Shown piece by piece: positions 8,821-18,255 of a stretch of DNA of 64,000 bases. Position 1 is the stretch's first letter. Each line of letters opens with the position of its first letter. The stretch is from Blastocatellia bacterium (lineage in GTDB: Bacteria > Acidobacteriota > Blastocatellia > HR10 > J050). The notes under the pieces are model-generated. The model made no database searches. It had not been told where the DNA came from and saw only the letters and a program-made list of their open reading frames with translations. The position numbers and the translations under genes were made by a program. The stretch lies in assembly GCA_025054955.1 (NCBI GenBank), contig JANWZE010000130.1:9261-73260 (forward strand), written 5' to 3'.

Positions 8821-9576
8821 ATGGCTGAATCACTCGCTACGCCCACGCTCACTCGACCTGAAGTGCCACACCGCGTTGTCACAGCGGCGCCGGCCGAGAC
8901 GCTCATCCGCATGATTAACATCTGGCGCACGTACCCGATGGGTGAGGAGCAGGTCCACGCCTTGCGCGGCATCAATCTCAGTATCAGTCCAGGCGAGTAC
9001 GTCGCCATCATTGGCCCTTCCGGCTCAGGCAAATCAACGATGATGAACTTGATCGGTTGCCTGGATACACCGACGCAAGGCCAATACTGGCTCAAAGGAA
9101 AACTGGTCAGCGAAATGGATGACGACGAGCTCGCTTATATCCGTAATCAGGAGATCGGGTTCGTTTTTCAACTCTTCAATCTGTTACCACGCGCGACAGC
9201 ACTGCACAACGTTGAGCTGCCACTGATCTATGCCGGCGTTCCTGCCCACGAGCGCATCGAGCGAGCTAAGCAGGCGTTGGAAGCGGTTGATCTGGCCGAT
9301 CGCATGCATCACAAACCCAATGAACTCTCCGGCGGCCAGCGACAACGTGTGGCGATTGCACGAGCGTTGGTCAACAATCCGTCCATTCTGCTGGCCGATG
9401 AACCGACCGGCGCGCTCGATACCAAAACCGGTATGGAGATCATGGCCTTGTTCGACCGATTGAATGAACAAGGCAACACGATCATCCTCGTCACGCACGA
9501 GCCAGACATTGCCAAGCATGCCCGTCGCATCATTCGATTGCGCGATGGGCGTATCGAGAGCGAGGAATATCAGTAG
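8821..9576 (+). CDS. ABC transporter ATP-binding protein (MacB/LolD-type ATPase only, no fused permease).
   Basis: Walker [10 protein letters not shown]. Signature [15 protein letters not shown]. Walker [13 protein letters not shown]. 251 aa. No FtsX-type permease follows; the next gene is on the opposite strand. Confidence 0.85.
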   Translation: MAESLATPTLTRPEVPHRVVTAAPAETLIRMINIWRTYPMGEEQVHALRGINLSISPGEYVAIIGPSGSGKSTMMNLIGCLDTPTQGQYWLKGKLVSEMDDDELAYIRNQEIGFVFQLFNLLPRATALHNVELPLIYAGVPAHERIERAKQALEAVDLADRMHHKPNELSGGQRQRVAIARALVNNPSILLADEPTGALDTKTGMEIMALFDRLNEQGNTIILVTHEPDIAKHARRIIRLRDGRIESEEYQ

Positions 9577-9776
9577 GGAGTGCCCTCGCTAGATCGGTTT
9601 GCGAACGAGTCCTGGGGCGTACGCTTCCAGCGTAATGAGCCCACAAGATGTAGGACCGCTAAGCCAAAGGCAACTAAAATCGCTCTAGCGACTTTCCCCT
9701 GGCAGCGCCCGCCTTCGGTGGGCTGATTCGGCCAAGCCAGTGGGCGCGTCCAAGATGAGCTCACTGACAAGCCGCC

Positions 9777-10979
9777 CTATGGTAGCAGGCACGGCGTGAA
9801 GGGTCTCGATATTCGATAGGAACCTGTGTAGTCCGTGAATCCGCGACCGAGCGCTCCACCTGTCACCTGCCCGATAAAGTTTTCCGGTGAACCGGCCGGA
9901 TGCGCGTTCTGGTACTGACTGGCCTGAGCATCGTCTACCGGCTTAACGCCAAGATCAGGATAGAAGGTGCTGAATTGCGTATACACAGCAGCAGCCCACT
10001 TCCATTGGACGGTGACCTCCGGCGTGTCGGTCAAGATACGGCCCTTCCAAGTCACCAATGGAATTTGAGCCGGCAAAGGACTACGAACAGGAAATGTCAC
10101 CCCAGCCAGGAAAACATCTCCACTGATGCCTGACGGCACCTGGGTGATCCAGGTGTTGCTCTCCAGATCAAACTCGGTCGTGGCCACGCTGACCGTCGGC
10201 GAAAAAGTAATCTGAGCCTTCGGAACAGGTACAATGTAAGTCGTGCCATTAGCCTTAAACTGGACCGTTGCATCGTCGAGTAGGAGTCTCATCGGCCTCG
10301 CGCCTAGCCCGCTCACCCTCACCGCGCTGTTGAACCAGATGAACCGACCGGCATGAATGGGATACTCATTGAAATTCGCCTGAAGAGCATAGGGAGGACA
10401 GTTGGAGGTACTACTGCGCGAAAACTGCAAATCGTCCATCAGAGCGATGCCACTAACAAAGATGCGCCCAATCAGATCATCCGATGCTTCAAACGCCAAC
10501 GCTCTCCAGTGCCGAAATGGATAGCTGCTATCTGTTGCGTCGCCTAAGACCCTGCCAAGCACCCTCCCAGTCGCGCTCACTGCTTCCAACGATGCCTCAT
10601 TGCAAGCAGCATAGAGAAACCTGACGGACCGGACTGGCGGATTGAAAAAAATCAAGGCGCCTGGCGCGGTTCTGGCATTCAGACCACACGGCTGAGGGCC
10701 TCCAAAGGAAAGATGCGCCGCTTTGTTGCCAGACGGGGGATTCTGAAACGTATGTCCGGCTTGCAGCACGTCCCACGCTATCCCATCGCCGTCATCAAAC
10801 GTTTGAAACGAAACGCCGTGCTGAGCATAAAAATCACCGATGAGGTTGCCGTGACCAATCTGTTCAAAGTTAATCGTGATGTGTTGATCAGGAGCTTGTG
10901 TCTGGCCAATAGCGGACATGCCACACAACCCCATGATCAGGCATAAGCTGAGACCCAGCATGGATCTTTTCGTTATCAT
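9777..10979 (-). CDS. Secreted hypothetical protein (signal peptide; no recognisable domain).
   Basis: Internal ATG at 10979 is preceded by GGAGGAGG and gives MITKRSMLGLSLCLIMGLCGMSAIGQ. The ORF track extends to 11135. Confidence 0.6.
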   Translation of the reverse strand: MITKRSMLGLSLCLIMGLCGMSAIGQTQAPDQHITINFEQIGHGNLIGDFYAQHGVSFQTFDDGDGIAWDVLQAGHTFQNPPSGNKAAHLSFGGPQPCGLNARTAPGALIFFNPPVRSVRFLYAACNEASLEAVSATGRVLGRVLGDATDSSYPFRHWRALAFEASDDLIGRIFVSGIALMDDLQFSRSSTSNCPPYALQANFNEYPIHAGRFIWFNSAVRVSGLGARPMRLLLDDATVQFKANGTTYIVPVPKAQITFSPTVSVATTEFDLESNTWITQVPSGISGDVFLAGVTFPVRSPLPAQIPLVTWKGRILTDTPEVTVQWKWAAAVYTQFSTFYPDLGVKPVDDAQASQYQNAHPAGSPENFIGQVTGGALGRGFTDYTGSYRISRPFTPCLLP

Positions 10980-11393
10980 GTCTACCTCCTCCTCAACGTT
11001 GGATAAAGCAGATACAAATTGTCTCAACAGGGGCTGGCTCAGGACAATTGTATCTTTGCCTAAAAGCCTAGGGAAAACTGCTTGAGTTGCCCCAGAAAAA
11101 TACCTACAAGTAGGTGGACAAAAGTTCTGGGACATTTGGAGGGACGGGACGTTTGTCCAGCTACTTCGCTACCATCGCGCGGGCGGCTGCCGCCGCTGCT
11201 CGGACTCAGCGCGCGTCCACACAGCAACGTCGCTCCAAACGTGCGTCACCGTAACACAAAAACACCACACGTCAGCGGGCATCCACACAGCGAGGCCCCT
11301 ACAAAGAACGCGATCTTTTTCCCCCCATTTGGTATGAGAAGGGTTCAAGCACAAGCTTCCTGTCCTTGTTGCTGCTGCCGGTGATGACGCGCG

Positions 11394-11440
11394 ACATAAA
11401 AAATAGGTGAGAAGGACTCACAAGCCCAGCCCCTCTCACC
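11394..11440 (-). terminator. Rho-independent terminator downstream of the NHL-repeat gene.
   Basis: Minus strand: GGTGAGAGGGG...CCTTCTCACC stem followed by TATTTTTTATG, about 30 nt after the stop at 11469. Confidence 0.6.
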
Positions 11441-11468
11441 AAGAGACTGTCTCTTGACAAGTCACAGG

Positions 11469-13778
11469 TTACCTGACGCGTCGGACACGATGGTTAAATG
11501 TGTCGGTGAAAACAAAACTTCCATCCGGCAGCATGGCAATGTCGGTCGGTCCACGCAATTTGGCGTTCAGCGCCGGGCCGCCATCGCCCCAAAAGCCAAT
11601 GTCGCCGGTTCCGACGATGGTCGCCACTCGGCCTGCCGCTTTATCGAGCTTTTTAATTTTGTTCGCCGATTGACCATCAGCGATGTAGACATTCCCTGCT
11701 GCATCAACAGCCACCGCCACCGGCAGGATGAACCGTGCTCGGGTGGCCCGTTCGTCCCTATCGCCTATCGTGCCATCGCCGGCGATCGTGTTGATCCTAC
11801 CCGTGGCCGCTTCCACCATCCGAATGCGAAAATTTCTGCTATCGGCAATGATGATGTTTCCACTGCGATCCACGGCGACGTCCACCGGTCTCCACAACGA
11901 GGCTTGCCTGGCATCGGTGCCATCACCCGCGAACGAGCCTTTACAAGGATCATTGGGGCTGCACGGATCAGTCGGTCCGTCAGACGCGCCATTACCGGCA
12001 ACAGTGGTGATGATCTGTGTTCGTGCGTCAACTTTTCGGATTCTTTGATTGCACGAATCGGCGATGTAAAGGTTGTCGGCGGCATCAACCGCCAACCCGC
12101 CGGGGAACTTCAATAGCGCTTGTGTGGCCGGTCCGTTATCGCCAAGGCTGCTGCCCCCGCCGGCATACGTAGTAATCAATCCCGTCGCCCGCTCAACGCG
12201 GCGGATGCGATGCCCAAACGAATTTGGATCATTTGCGTTAAAAAAGTACGGCAGTAACTCCGAGATGTAGATATTCCCCTTAGAATCTACCGCCAACCCA
12301 GCGACGCCGCCGATGCTGGCTTGTAGAGCCGGGCCACCATCGCCGCTAAATCCTAACGTTCCGTTCCCGGCTACCGTGGTGATCCTCCCATCTCTGGCAT
12401 CAATTCGCCGGACACGACCCGTGCCTACTTCACCGACGTAGATATTGCCGTCAGCATCTGCTGCCACTGCCTGACATACATAGATGCCCGATTCCGTAGC
12501 CAGGCCGCCATCTCCGAAACTATTGATACCGCCAGCCACAGTTGTGATTACTCCCATTGTGTCAATTCGACGAACTCGATCGTTCTCAAAGTCGGCGATC
12601 AATAGGTTTCCAGATGGATCAACAGCAATGCCGGTTGGACGGCGAAACCGAGCTTCTCTGGCTGCCTTGGGATTATCGCCATCGAAATCACCGGTCACAC
12701 CCGGCACTAAGGCCCATTCACCGCCGCCGGCGAGCGTGGAGATGGTCCCATCCGGAGTTAACCGGCGAATACGTTGGTTGTGTGTATCGGCGATGTAGAC
12801 AATGCCTGCCGCGTCAACCGCCACATCTTGAGGGTAGTTCAAGCTCACCTGCCTCGCAGGCCCACTCTCGTCAGGCACAGTGGTCAGACCATTTTGAAAG
12901 CGACCGGCATCAACGATACCGGGCAAACATGTGCACGGATTCCCTCGCAAATCGCATTGCACCCTGAATCCGTCGCCGGCCACAGTGGAAAGCACACCGG
13001 ACGGATCAACCTTACGAATGAGGTGAGCGCGCGTATCCGCAATGTACAAATTGCCCATCGCATCAAAGGCCAAGCCGGCCGGACTGACCGGCGTTCGCGT
13101 GGCTGGACCAACATAGAGCGGATCAAAGTTCCTCGGATTGCCATCACCAGCAAATGTGCTAATGACACCTGTCATTGCGCTAACACGGCGCACGCGAAAA
13201 TTGTTGAAATCACCGATATAGAGATTACCCGCCGCGTCGAACGCCAGACCAACTGGGTTGTTCAAGTTGGCCATCGTCGCCGGACCACCATCACCGGCTG
13301 GAGACCTCGAATTTTGCGGCGGCGTGCCGTTGCCGGCGACCGTGCTGATGATTCCTGTGCGCGCGTCAACCCGGCGAACCCGATGGTTTCCGAAGTCAGC
13401 AATGTAGAGATTTCCTGAAGCGTCCAACGCAAGACCTTGAGGCCGATTCAAACTGGCCGCTGTCGCCGGGCCGCCGTCGCCGCTATAGCCAGACACCCCA
13501 TTGCCGGCCACAGTAGTGATGACGCCGGTTCGGACATCAATGCGGCGGACCCGCTCGTAAAACTCTTCGGTGAAATAGATATTGCCGTCACGATCAGCAA
13601 CCACATCGGTTGGACGATTGACCAATGCCCGCGTCGCGAGTCGCCCATCACCCACGCTTCCGCCAACGACGGTTGACACGGTCGCGCCAGCTTGAGCTTG
13701 TGGCCTAAGAGTCATCATTGGCAGCAAACAACTCGTGAGTAAAAATGCGTTGGTCAGTACTTTCACAGAACGTTTCAT
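11469..13778 (-). CDS. Secreted NHL-repeat beta-propeller protein.
   Basis: Signal peptide MKRSVKVLTNAFLLTSCLLP. More than 12 repeats of the GNLYIAD(x)NHR(I/V)R(R/K)VD type. 769 aa. Confidence 0.85.
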   Translation of the reverse strand: MKRSVKVLTNAFLLTSCLLPMMTLRPQAQAGATVSTVVGGSVGDGRLATRALVNRPTDVVADRDGNIYFTEEFYERVRRIDVRTGVITTVAGNGVSGYSGDGGPATAASLNRPQGLALDASGNLYIADFGNHRVRRVDARTGIISTVAGNGTPPQNSRSPAGDGGPATMANLNNPVGLAFDAAGNLYIGDFNNFRVRRVSAMTGVISTFAGDGNPRNFDPLYVGPATRTPVSPAGLAFDAMGNLYIADTRAHLIRKVDPSGVLSTVAGDGFRVQCDLRGNPCTCLPGIVDAGRFQNGLTTVPDESGPARQVSLNYPQDVAVDAAGIVYIADTHNQRIRRLTPDGTISTLAGGGEWALVPGVTGDFDGDNPKAAREARFRRPTGIAVDPSGNLLIADFENDRVRRIDTMGVITTVAGGINSFGDGGLATESGIYVCQAVAADADGNIYVGEVGTGRVRRIDARDGRITTVAGNGTLGFSGDGGPALQASIGGVAGLAVDSKGNIYISELLPYFFNANDPNSFGHRIRRVERATGLITTYAGGGSSLGDNGPATQALLKFPGGLAVDAADNLYIADSCNQRIRKVDARTQIITTVAGNGASDGPTDPCSPNDPCKGSFAGDGTDARQASLWRPVDVAVDRSGNIIIADSRNFRIRMVEAATGRINTIAGDGTIGDRDERATRARFILPVAVAVDAAGNVYIADGQSANKIKKLDKAAGRVATIVGTGDIGFWGDGGPALNAKLRGPTDIAMLPDGSFVFTDTFNHRVRRVR

Positions 13779-13892
13779 GACAGATGAACCCTCCTACACA
13801 TTTCAAAGTTTCTCTTGACCATATAACAAGTTTTGGGTATATTAGGGGCGGATTTTGGAGTTGTCAACATCAAAACTAATGGAGGATAGATT

Positions 13893-14150
13893 ATGAAGAA
13901 GTTGCTGGCTTTTGGTGGTCTTGCTTCGTCTGCGACAGTTTGGGCGATGACATCAATTCTTCCCCAGATTCTTGGGATCCTGCTCGTTCTGACGTTCCGC
14001 ACGCTAATCCCTCCGGCAGCAGGGGTGCCGGGAACAAACGCCGGATATGGCTTCGTTAGCGGCGGCGTGGGCGCGACCCTGATTGACTTTATGCTTGCGT
14101 ATTTCAGAGCTGGCGGGATCACGCAGAATGAAATGGTCATTGGTTTGTAA
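13893..14150 (+). CDS. Small hydrophobic protein (85 aa), paralog of the next gene.
   Basis: Strong RBS GGAGGATAGATT ATG. Two predicted TM/hydrophobic segments. Gly-rich. Ends ...IGL. Confidence 0.55.
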   Translation: MKKLLAFGGLASSATVWAMTSILPQILGILLVLTFRTLIPPAAGVPGTNAGYGFVSGGVGATLIDFMLAYFRAGGITQNEMVIGL

Positions 14151-14271
14151 ATGACTACTGTCTGGTCACCCTCCTTCGGTAGAAGTAACGAGAGGGGGGT
14201 GACCTGCGAATAATCATGGGTGAGGTTTGCGTATCTTCGTTGGGCCCTCGACCCTTTAGTTCGGAGGTAAT

Positions 14272-14484
14272 ATGAAATATCTGGTGACTCTAGGGCTAGT
14301 GTTCCCCAGCGTTGTGTTAGGGTTCGCTAATACCCTGCTGCCCTACGTCGGGATTATTGTCCTTATTGTCATGGGCGGACCGGCGGCCTTATTCGTCGGC
14401 GCAGGGGCTTATCTGTTCCAGTTCGTGTACGGCTATCTTGTCCAATCAGGTTTGTCTCCGTTTGAACTTTTTCTAGGTCTGTAA
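14272..14484 (+). CDS. Small hydrophobic protein (70 aa), paralog of 13893..14150.
   Basis: RBS GGAGGTAAT ATG. Alignable to the previous small protein (MKxL...LP..GI..L...P.A...G...Y...E...GL). Confidence 0.55.
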   Translation: MKYLVTLGLVFPSVVLGFANTLLPYVGIIVLIVMGGPAALFVGAGAYLFQFVYGYLVQSGLSPFELFLGL

Positions 14485-14516
14485 GACTGGGAAGCCATCG
14501 GGACGGACGCTAGAGT

Positions 14517-15746
14517 TTGCTTGTATACATAGGTTGTATGGGTTCTTGGATTCGCAGTCAGGTGACTGCTTTTTTTATTTGTGGTTATTTTCCTCTGATT
14601 TTTGCGGCAGGTGTTTTTATAACAGGCCCCTCAGTATCTTCAGGCCTCTTTCAGACATCGAGTTGGTCACCGACTAATGCGAATAACGCGCCGGCTTCTA
14701 GCCAAAAGCCGACGGCTGTGTGGACAGGGCGAGAGATGATCGTCTGGGGTGGTGCTAATTCTGCCGGTTTCGGCGTCAAAACCGGCGGCCGGTACAACCC
14801 TATTCTTGACGCGTGGATGGACACGAACAAAAACAAAGATCAAGTACCTGATGCGCGGATTCATCATACGGCTATCTGGACAGGCACGGAAATGATTGTC
14901 TGGGGCGGCGGCAATGCCACACGAGGTGTGCTTGGCGACGGCGGACATTACAACCCGACCCTGGACAGTTGGCAGCCGGTTGGAACAACTGGCGCGCCGG
15001 AAGCCCGGCAGGAACACACGGCTGTCTGGACCGGGCAAGAGATGATCATTTGGGGTGGCAAAAATAATGCCCGCTCCATCAAGTCAGGTGGCCGTTACAA
15101 TCCTATCACCAAGCGTTGGAGCGAGGTCACCTTGACGAATGCGCCAACCGAACGCCGGGCTCATACGGCTGTGTGGACTGGTCAATTCATGATTGTCTGG
15201 GGCGGCGTCGGCGATAGGGACGTGCTACAAACGGGCGGCGTTTACGACCCTCGGACAAATACCTGGAAAGCAACAAACCTGATGAATGCGCCAGCAGCCA
15301 GAACGGAGCACACCGCCATCTGGACCGGCCAAGAAATGATCATCTGGGGTGGCCGAGGCGCCAGTGGAGCACTCAACGATGGTGCGCGATATAATCCCAC
15401 AACTGATACATGGACTGCGATCACCACAAACAACGCGCCGACGGCGCGCGGAAACCACACTGCTGTGTGGACTGGCCGGGAAATGATTGTGTGGGGCGGT
15501 TCCAGCGGCGCAGCGTTTCTCTCTACTGGTGGACGATATGATCCGGTGACGAATCAATGGCGATCCACCAGCATGATGGGCGTGCCTTCAGATCGGGAAC
15601 TGCATTGCGCCATCTGGACAGGCCGCGAGATGATTGTGTGGGGCGGCTTTGGACCACGCGCGCTATGTCGCCCTCCGCTTCCCTGTATCATGGCGCTGCA
15701 AACGGGCGCGTTGTATCGCCCTGATTTGGATATGGGAACCCCTTAG
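14517..15746 (+). CDS. Kelch-like seven-bladed beta-propeller protein with an N-terminal hydrophobic anchor/signal.
   Basis: Seven copies of ...RYNPxTxxWxxxxxxNAPxARxxHTA(V/I)WTGxEMI(V/I)WGG. Confidence 0.7.
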   Translation: MLVYIGCMGSWIRSQVTAFFICGYFPLIFAAGVFITGPSVSSGLFQTSSWSPTNANNAPASSQKPTAVWTGREMIVWGGANSAGFGVKTGGRYNPILDAWMDTNKNKDQVPDARIHHTAIWTGTEMIVWGGGNATRGVLGDGGHYNPTLDSWQPVGTTGAPEARQEHTAVWTGQEMIIWGGKNNARSIKSGGRYNPITKRWSEVTLTNAPTERRAHTAVWTGQFMIVWGGVGDRDVLQTGGVYDPRTNTWKATNLMNAPAARTEHTAIWTGQEMIIWGGRGASGALNDGARYNPTTDTWTAITTNNAPTARGNHTAVWTGREMIVWGGSSGAAFLSTGGRYDPVTNQWRSTSMMGVPSDRELHCAIWTGREMIVWGGFGPRALCRPPLPCIMALQTGALYRPDLDMGTP

Positions 15747-15759
15747 ATGCCATCGCAGC

Positions 15760-18150
15760 ATGGGCCTGAACGGTAAGACGACCGGGGCATTCCCTGAGCC
15801 GACCACACCTAGCTTCTTTGATTACGTCTTCATCGGCTGTGGAGCAGGTTTTCTGCTGACATTGGTGGAAGCTTTTGATCTTCACCGGAGCGTCGCTCCG
15901 TTCTTCACAACCAATCAAGAACGCTGGCGGTTTCTCGCGTATCTATCACCAACAGTCATCAGCATGACGCTGATGGGCGCGCTGGTTGGCGTGACGCTCA
16001 CCGCTTGGGCTGCGTTTCGCCGTTGGGAGAATCAAATCTCACCGACCGACATCGCCAAGCGGTGGCTTTCTGCTGGCCTCAGAATGATTCTATTTGGCAT
16101 CGGCGCAGCGGCCATGGCTATTGTTTTACGCCCCACGTTCATGGCAGTGGGGCGCCGTGTCTCAGCGCTCATGAAAGATCGGGTGCAGAGCTTGTTCCCC
16201 GACGGTTTTGAGTATGCCAAGTCAGTGTTTCATTGGATGCAAGCTCACCCTCTCATCATTCTCTGTGTCGTTCTTGTTCTGGTTGGACTAGCCATCCGCT
16301 GGGTTCTACGTCGTCGGGCTCTTCAAACAGTGCGTTTGTCGCTCGCGCAACGCTTGGTAGTGGCTTTGATCTTAGGCGCGTTGACCGTGGGCATTTACAG
16401 TGTGGATTCCCGCTACTTTTTCAGCCTGTATGATCGTTCCGTTCATCTGCCGCTTTTCTTGCTGCAACTCGGCTTGAGCTTTTTGACAGTCGCACTTTTG
16501 TATTTCACGTTTGGCAGGATAGAGCGACAACGCCAGCGCCGATGGGCTACCATAGGAATTTTCTTAACACTGGGGCTGGCGTGCTGGGCGCTCGTCCAAC
16601 TGAGCGATGATCCGTCGCTGCGAGCCTTGTTCTGGAGTCGCAGCGTGCTGGCGCGACGAACTCTCGTGTTGCTCCAGTCCGTCACCGATTTTGACCGTGA
16701 TGGTTTTGCTGCCATACTGGGCGGCGGCGATTGTGACAACCGCAATGCAGCCCGTCATCCATTGGCTCCCGAAATTCCGAACAACGGCCTCGACGATAAT
16801 TGTCTGGGCGGTGACCTGAACCTTACGGACCAGGGATTGGGAATAAAGACAAATGAATCGGCGGTCGCGGGTCGGAAAACGACGCACAACTCACGACTCA
16901 CGACTCACGAGCCACGAGCCACGAGCCACGACCCACGAGCCACGACCCACGAGCCACGAATCACGGATCGCGGATCACGCCCCACGAACTACGAACCACG
17001 AACCACGCCGGCGACTATCCTGCTGATTACCATTGACGCCCTGCGGGCTGATCATCTGGGTTGTTATGGTTATACGCGACCGACCAGCCCTCACCTAGAC
17101 CGATTCACCCAGCATGGCCAACAGTTCGTCTACGCTTATGCGCAAGGCACAAATACTGGCCACTCGTTTGCATCCATGTTGCGTTCGGCCTATGGAGAGG
17201 ACATCTTCGATGAGGATCGTCCAACCTTCGTTGAGTTATTGGCTGCTCATGGCTATCAAACGATTTCGTTCAGCGCCAAACGCATGCAGAAATGGCTGCG
17301 GGGCAAAACATGGGCGCGTTACAAACCAACGCTGCTAAAGGGCATGAACGTGCACGCGCACGAAGATCAGCTTGGACAATGGTCGGCAGACGAAATCACC
17401 GATGCGCTCATTGATTATTTCAATAGCCCGGACTCAGCCGGGCTGCAGTTCATCTGGGCTCACTATTTGGAGCCGCATTATCCGTATCGTCGCTACACAG
17501 AATTCGATTTTGGCTCAAGTCGGTTGGATCGTTATGATAGCGAAATTGCCTATACTGATCGGGCGTTGGGTCGCCTGTTTCAGTACTTTGATCAAACGCA
17601 GCGTTGGCGCAACACGTTGGTCATCATCTCATCGGATCATGGTGAAGCCTTCTTTGAACACGGGCAACAAGAACATAGCTCTCGCCCTTATCAAGAACAG
17701 ATTCGGGTTCCGCTGCTCATGCGTTATCCGGGTCTGCTGCCGGCTCGCTTTGAGCAACCTGTCGGGCTGATTGACATCGGGCCAACCGTGCTGCGCTTCG
17801 CGGGTATTGCTGTGCCGTCAGCCTATGAAGGCATTGACTTGGCATCGCCTTCGCTCAACGAGCCACGAATCATTATCAGCGAGACGCCGCGCAATATACC
17901 CGAACCAAATTTCTATGTTTGGGCGATGATCCAAGGGTCGTGGAAGTTGATGTATGACATTGTCAGCAACACATTCGAGTTATATCACCTGGCCGAGGAC
18001 CCACAGGAGCGACGCAATCTCATCGCCAGCCATCCAACCAAGGCCAGTGAAATGATAACCACGTTTGGGCGCTGGTTTGACTGGCAATCAACTCGCCCGA
18101 TTCATTCCGGCGATTGGAACCTCAAACGCATGCTGAAAAAACCGCGTTGA
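15760..18150 (+). CDS. Polytopic membrane protein fused to a sulfatase/alkaline-phosphatase-superfamily domain (LtaS/phosphotransferase-like), with a 7-aa-repeat linker.
   Basis: About 8 N-terminal TM helices. Linker of PRATxHE-type repeats. LLITIDALRADHLGCYGY...GTNTGHSFASML...SSDHGEAF typical of the sulfatase fold. ATG at 15760 is chosen to avoid overlap; the ORF track starts at 15634. Confidence 0.7.
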   Translation: MGLNGKTTGAFPEPTTPSFFDYVFIGCGAGFLLTLVEAFDLHRSVAPFFTTNQERWRFLAYLSPTVISMTLMGALVGVTLTAWAAFRRWENQISPTDIAKRWLSAGLRMILFGIGAAAMAIVLRPTFMAVGRRVSALMKDRVQSLFPDGFEYAKSVFHWMQAHPLIILCVVLVLVGLAIRWVLRRRALQTVRLSLAQRLVVALILGALTVGIYSVDSRYFFSLYDRSVHLPLFLLQLGLSFLTVALLYFTFGRIERQRQRRWATIGIFLTLGLACWALVQLSDDPSLRALFWSRSVLARRTLVLLQSVTDFDRDGFAAILGGGDCDNRNAARHPLAPEIPNNGLDDNCLGGDLNLTDQGLGIKTNESAVAGRKTTHNSRLTTHEPRATSHDPRATTHEPRITDRGSRPTNYEPRTTPATILLITIDALRADHLGCYGYTRPTSPHLDRFTQHGQQFVYAYAQGTNTGHSFASMLRSAYGEDIFDEDRPTFVELLAAHGYQTISFSAKRMQKWLRGKTWARYKPTLLKGMNVHAHEDQLGQWSADEITDALIDYFNSPDSAGLQFIWAHYLEPHYPYRRYTEFDFGSSRLDRYDSEIAYTDRALGRLFQYFDQTQRWRNTLVIISSDHGEAFFEHGQQEHSSRPYQEQIRVPLLMRYPGLLPARFEQPVGLIDIGPTVLRFAGIAVPSAYEGIDLASPSLNEPRIIISETPRNIPEPNFYVWAMIQGSWKLMYDIVSNTFELYHLAEDPQERRNLIASHPTKASEMITTFGRWFDWQSTRPIHSGDWNLKRMLKKPR
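16885..17008 (+). repeat. Tract of about 17 heptanucleotide units (NNNCACG) forming 21-nt / 7-aa coding repeats.
   Basis: actcacg actcacg actcacg agccacg agccacg agccacg acccacg agccacg ... aaccacg aaccacg, read directly. Confidence 0.85.
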
Positions 18151-18255
18151 TGGTCAACTTGTTGAAAAGCCGGATAAGGGCAGGTACAATCCCTCAGCCC
18201 GGCTGTCAATGAAAGACCTGAAACGTGGCGCCCTTGATAAGGAGGAGCTTTGATT

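Noticed and set aside
12774-13418. 214-aa + strand ORF inside the NHL-repeat gene region.
   Set aside because: It is opposite the 769-aa NHL protein, which has a clear signal peptide and 12+ canonical repeats. The shadow ORF lacks any motif.
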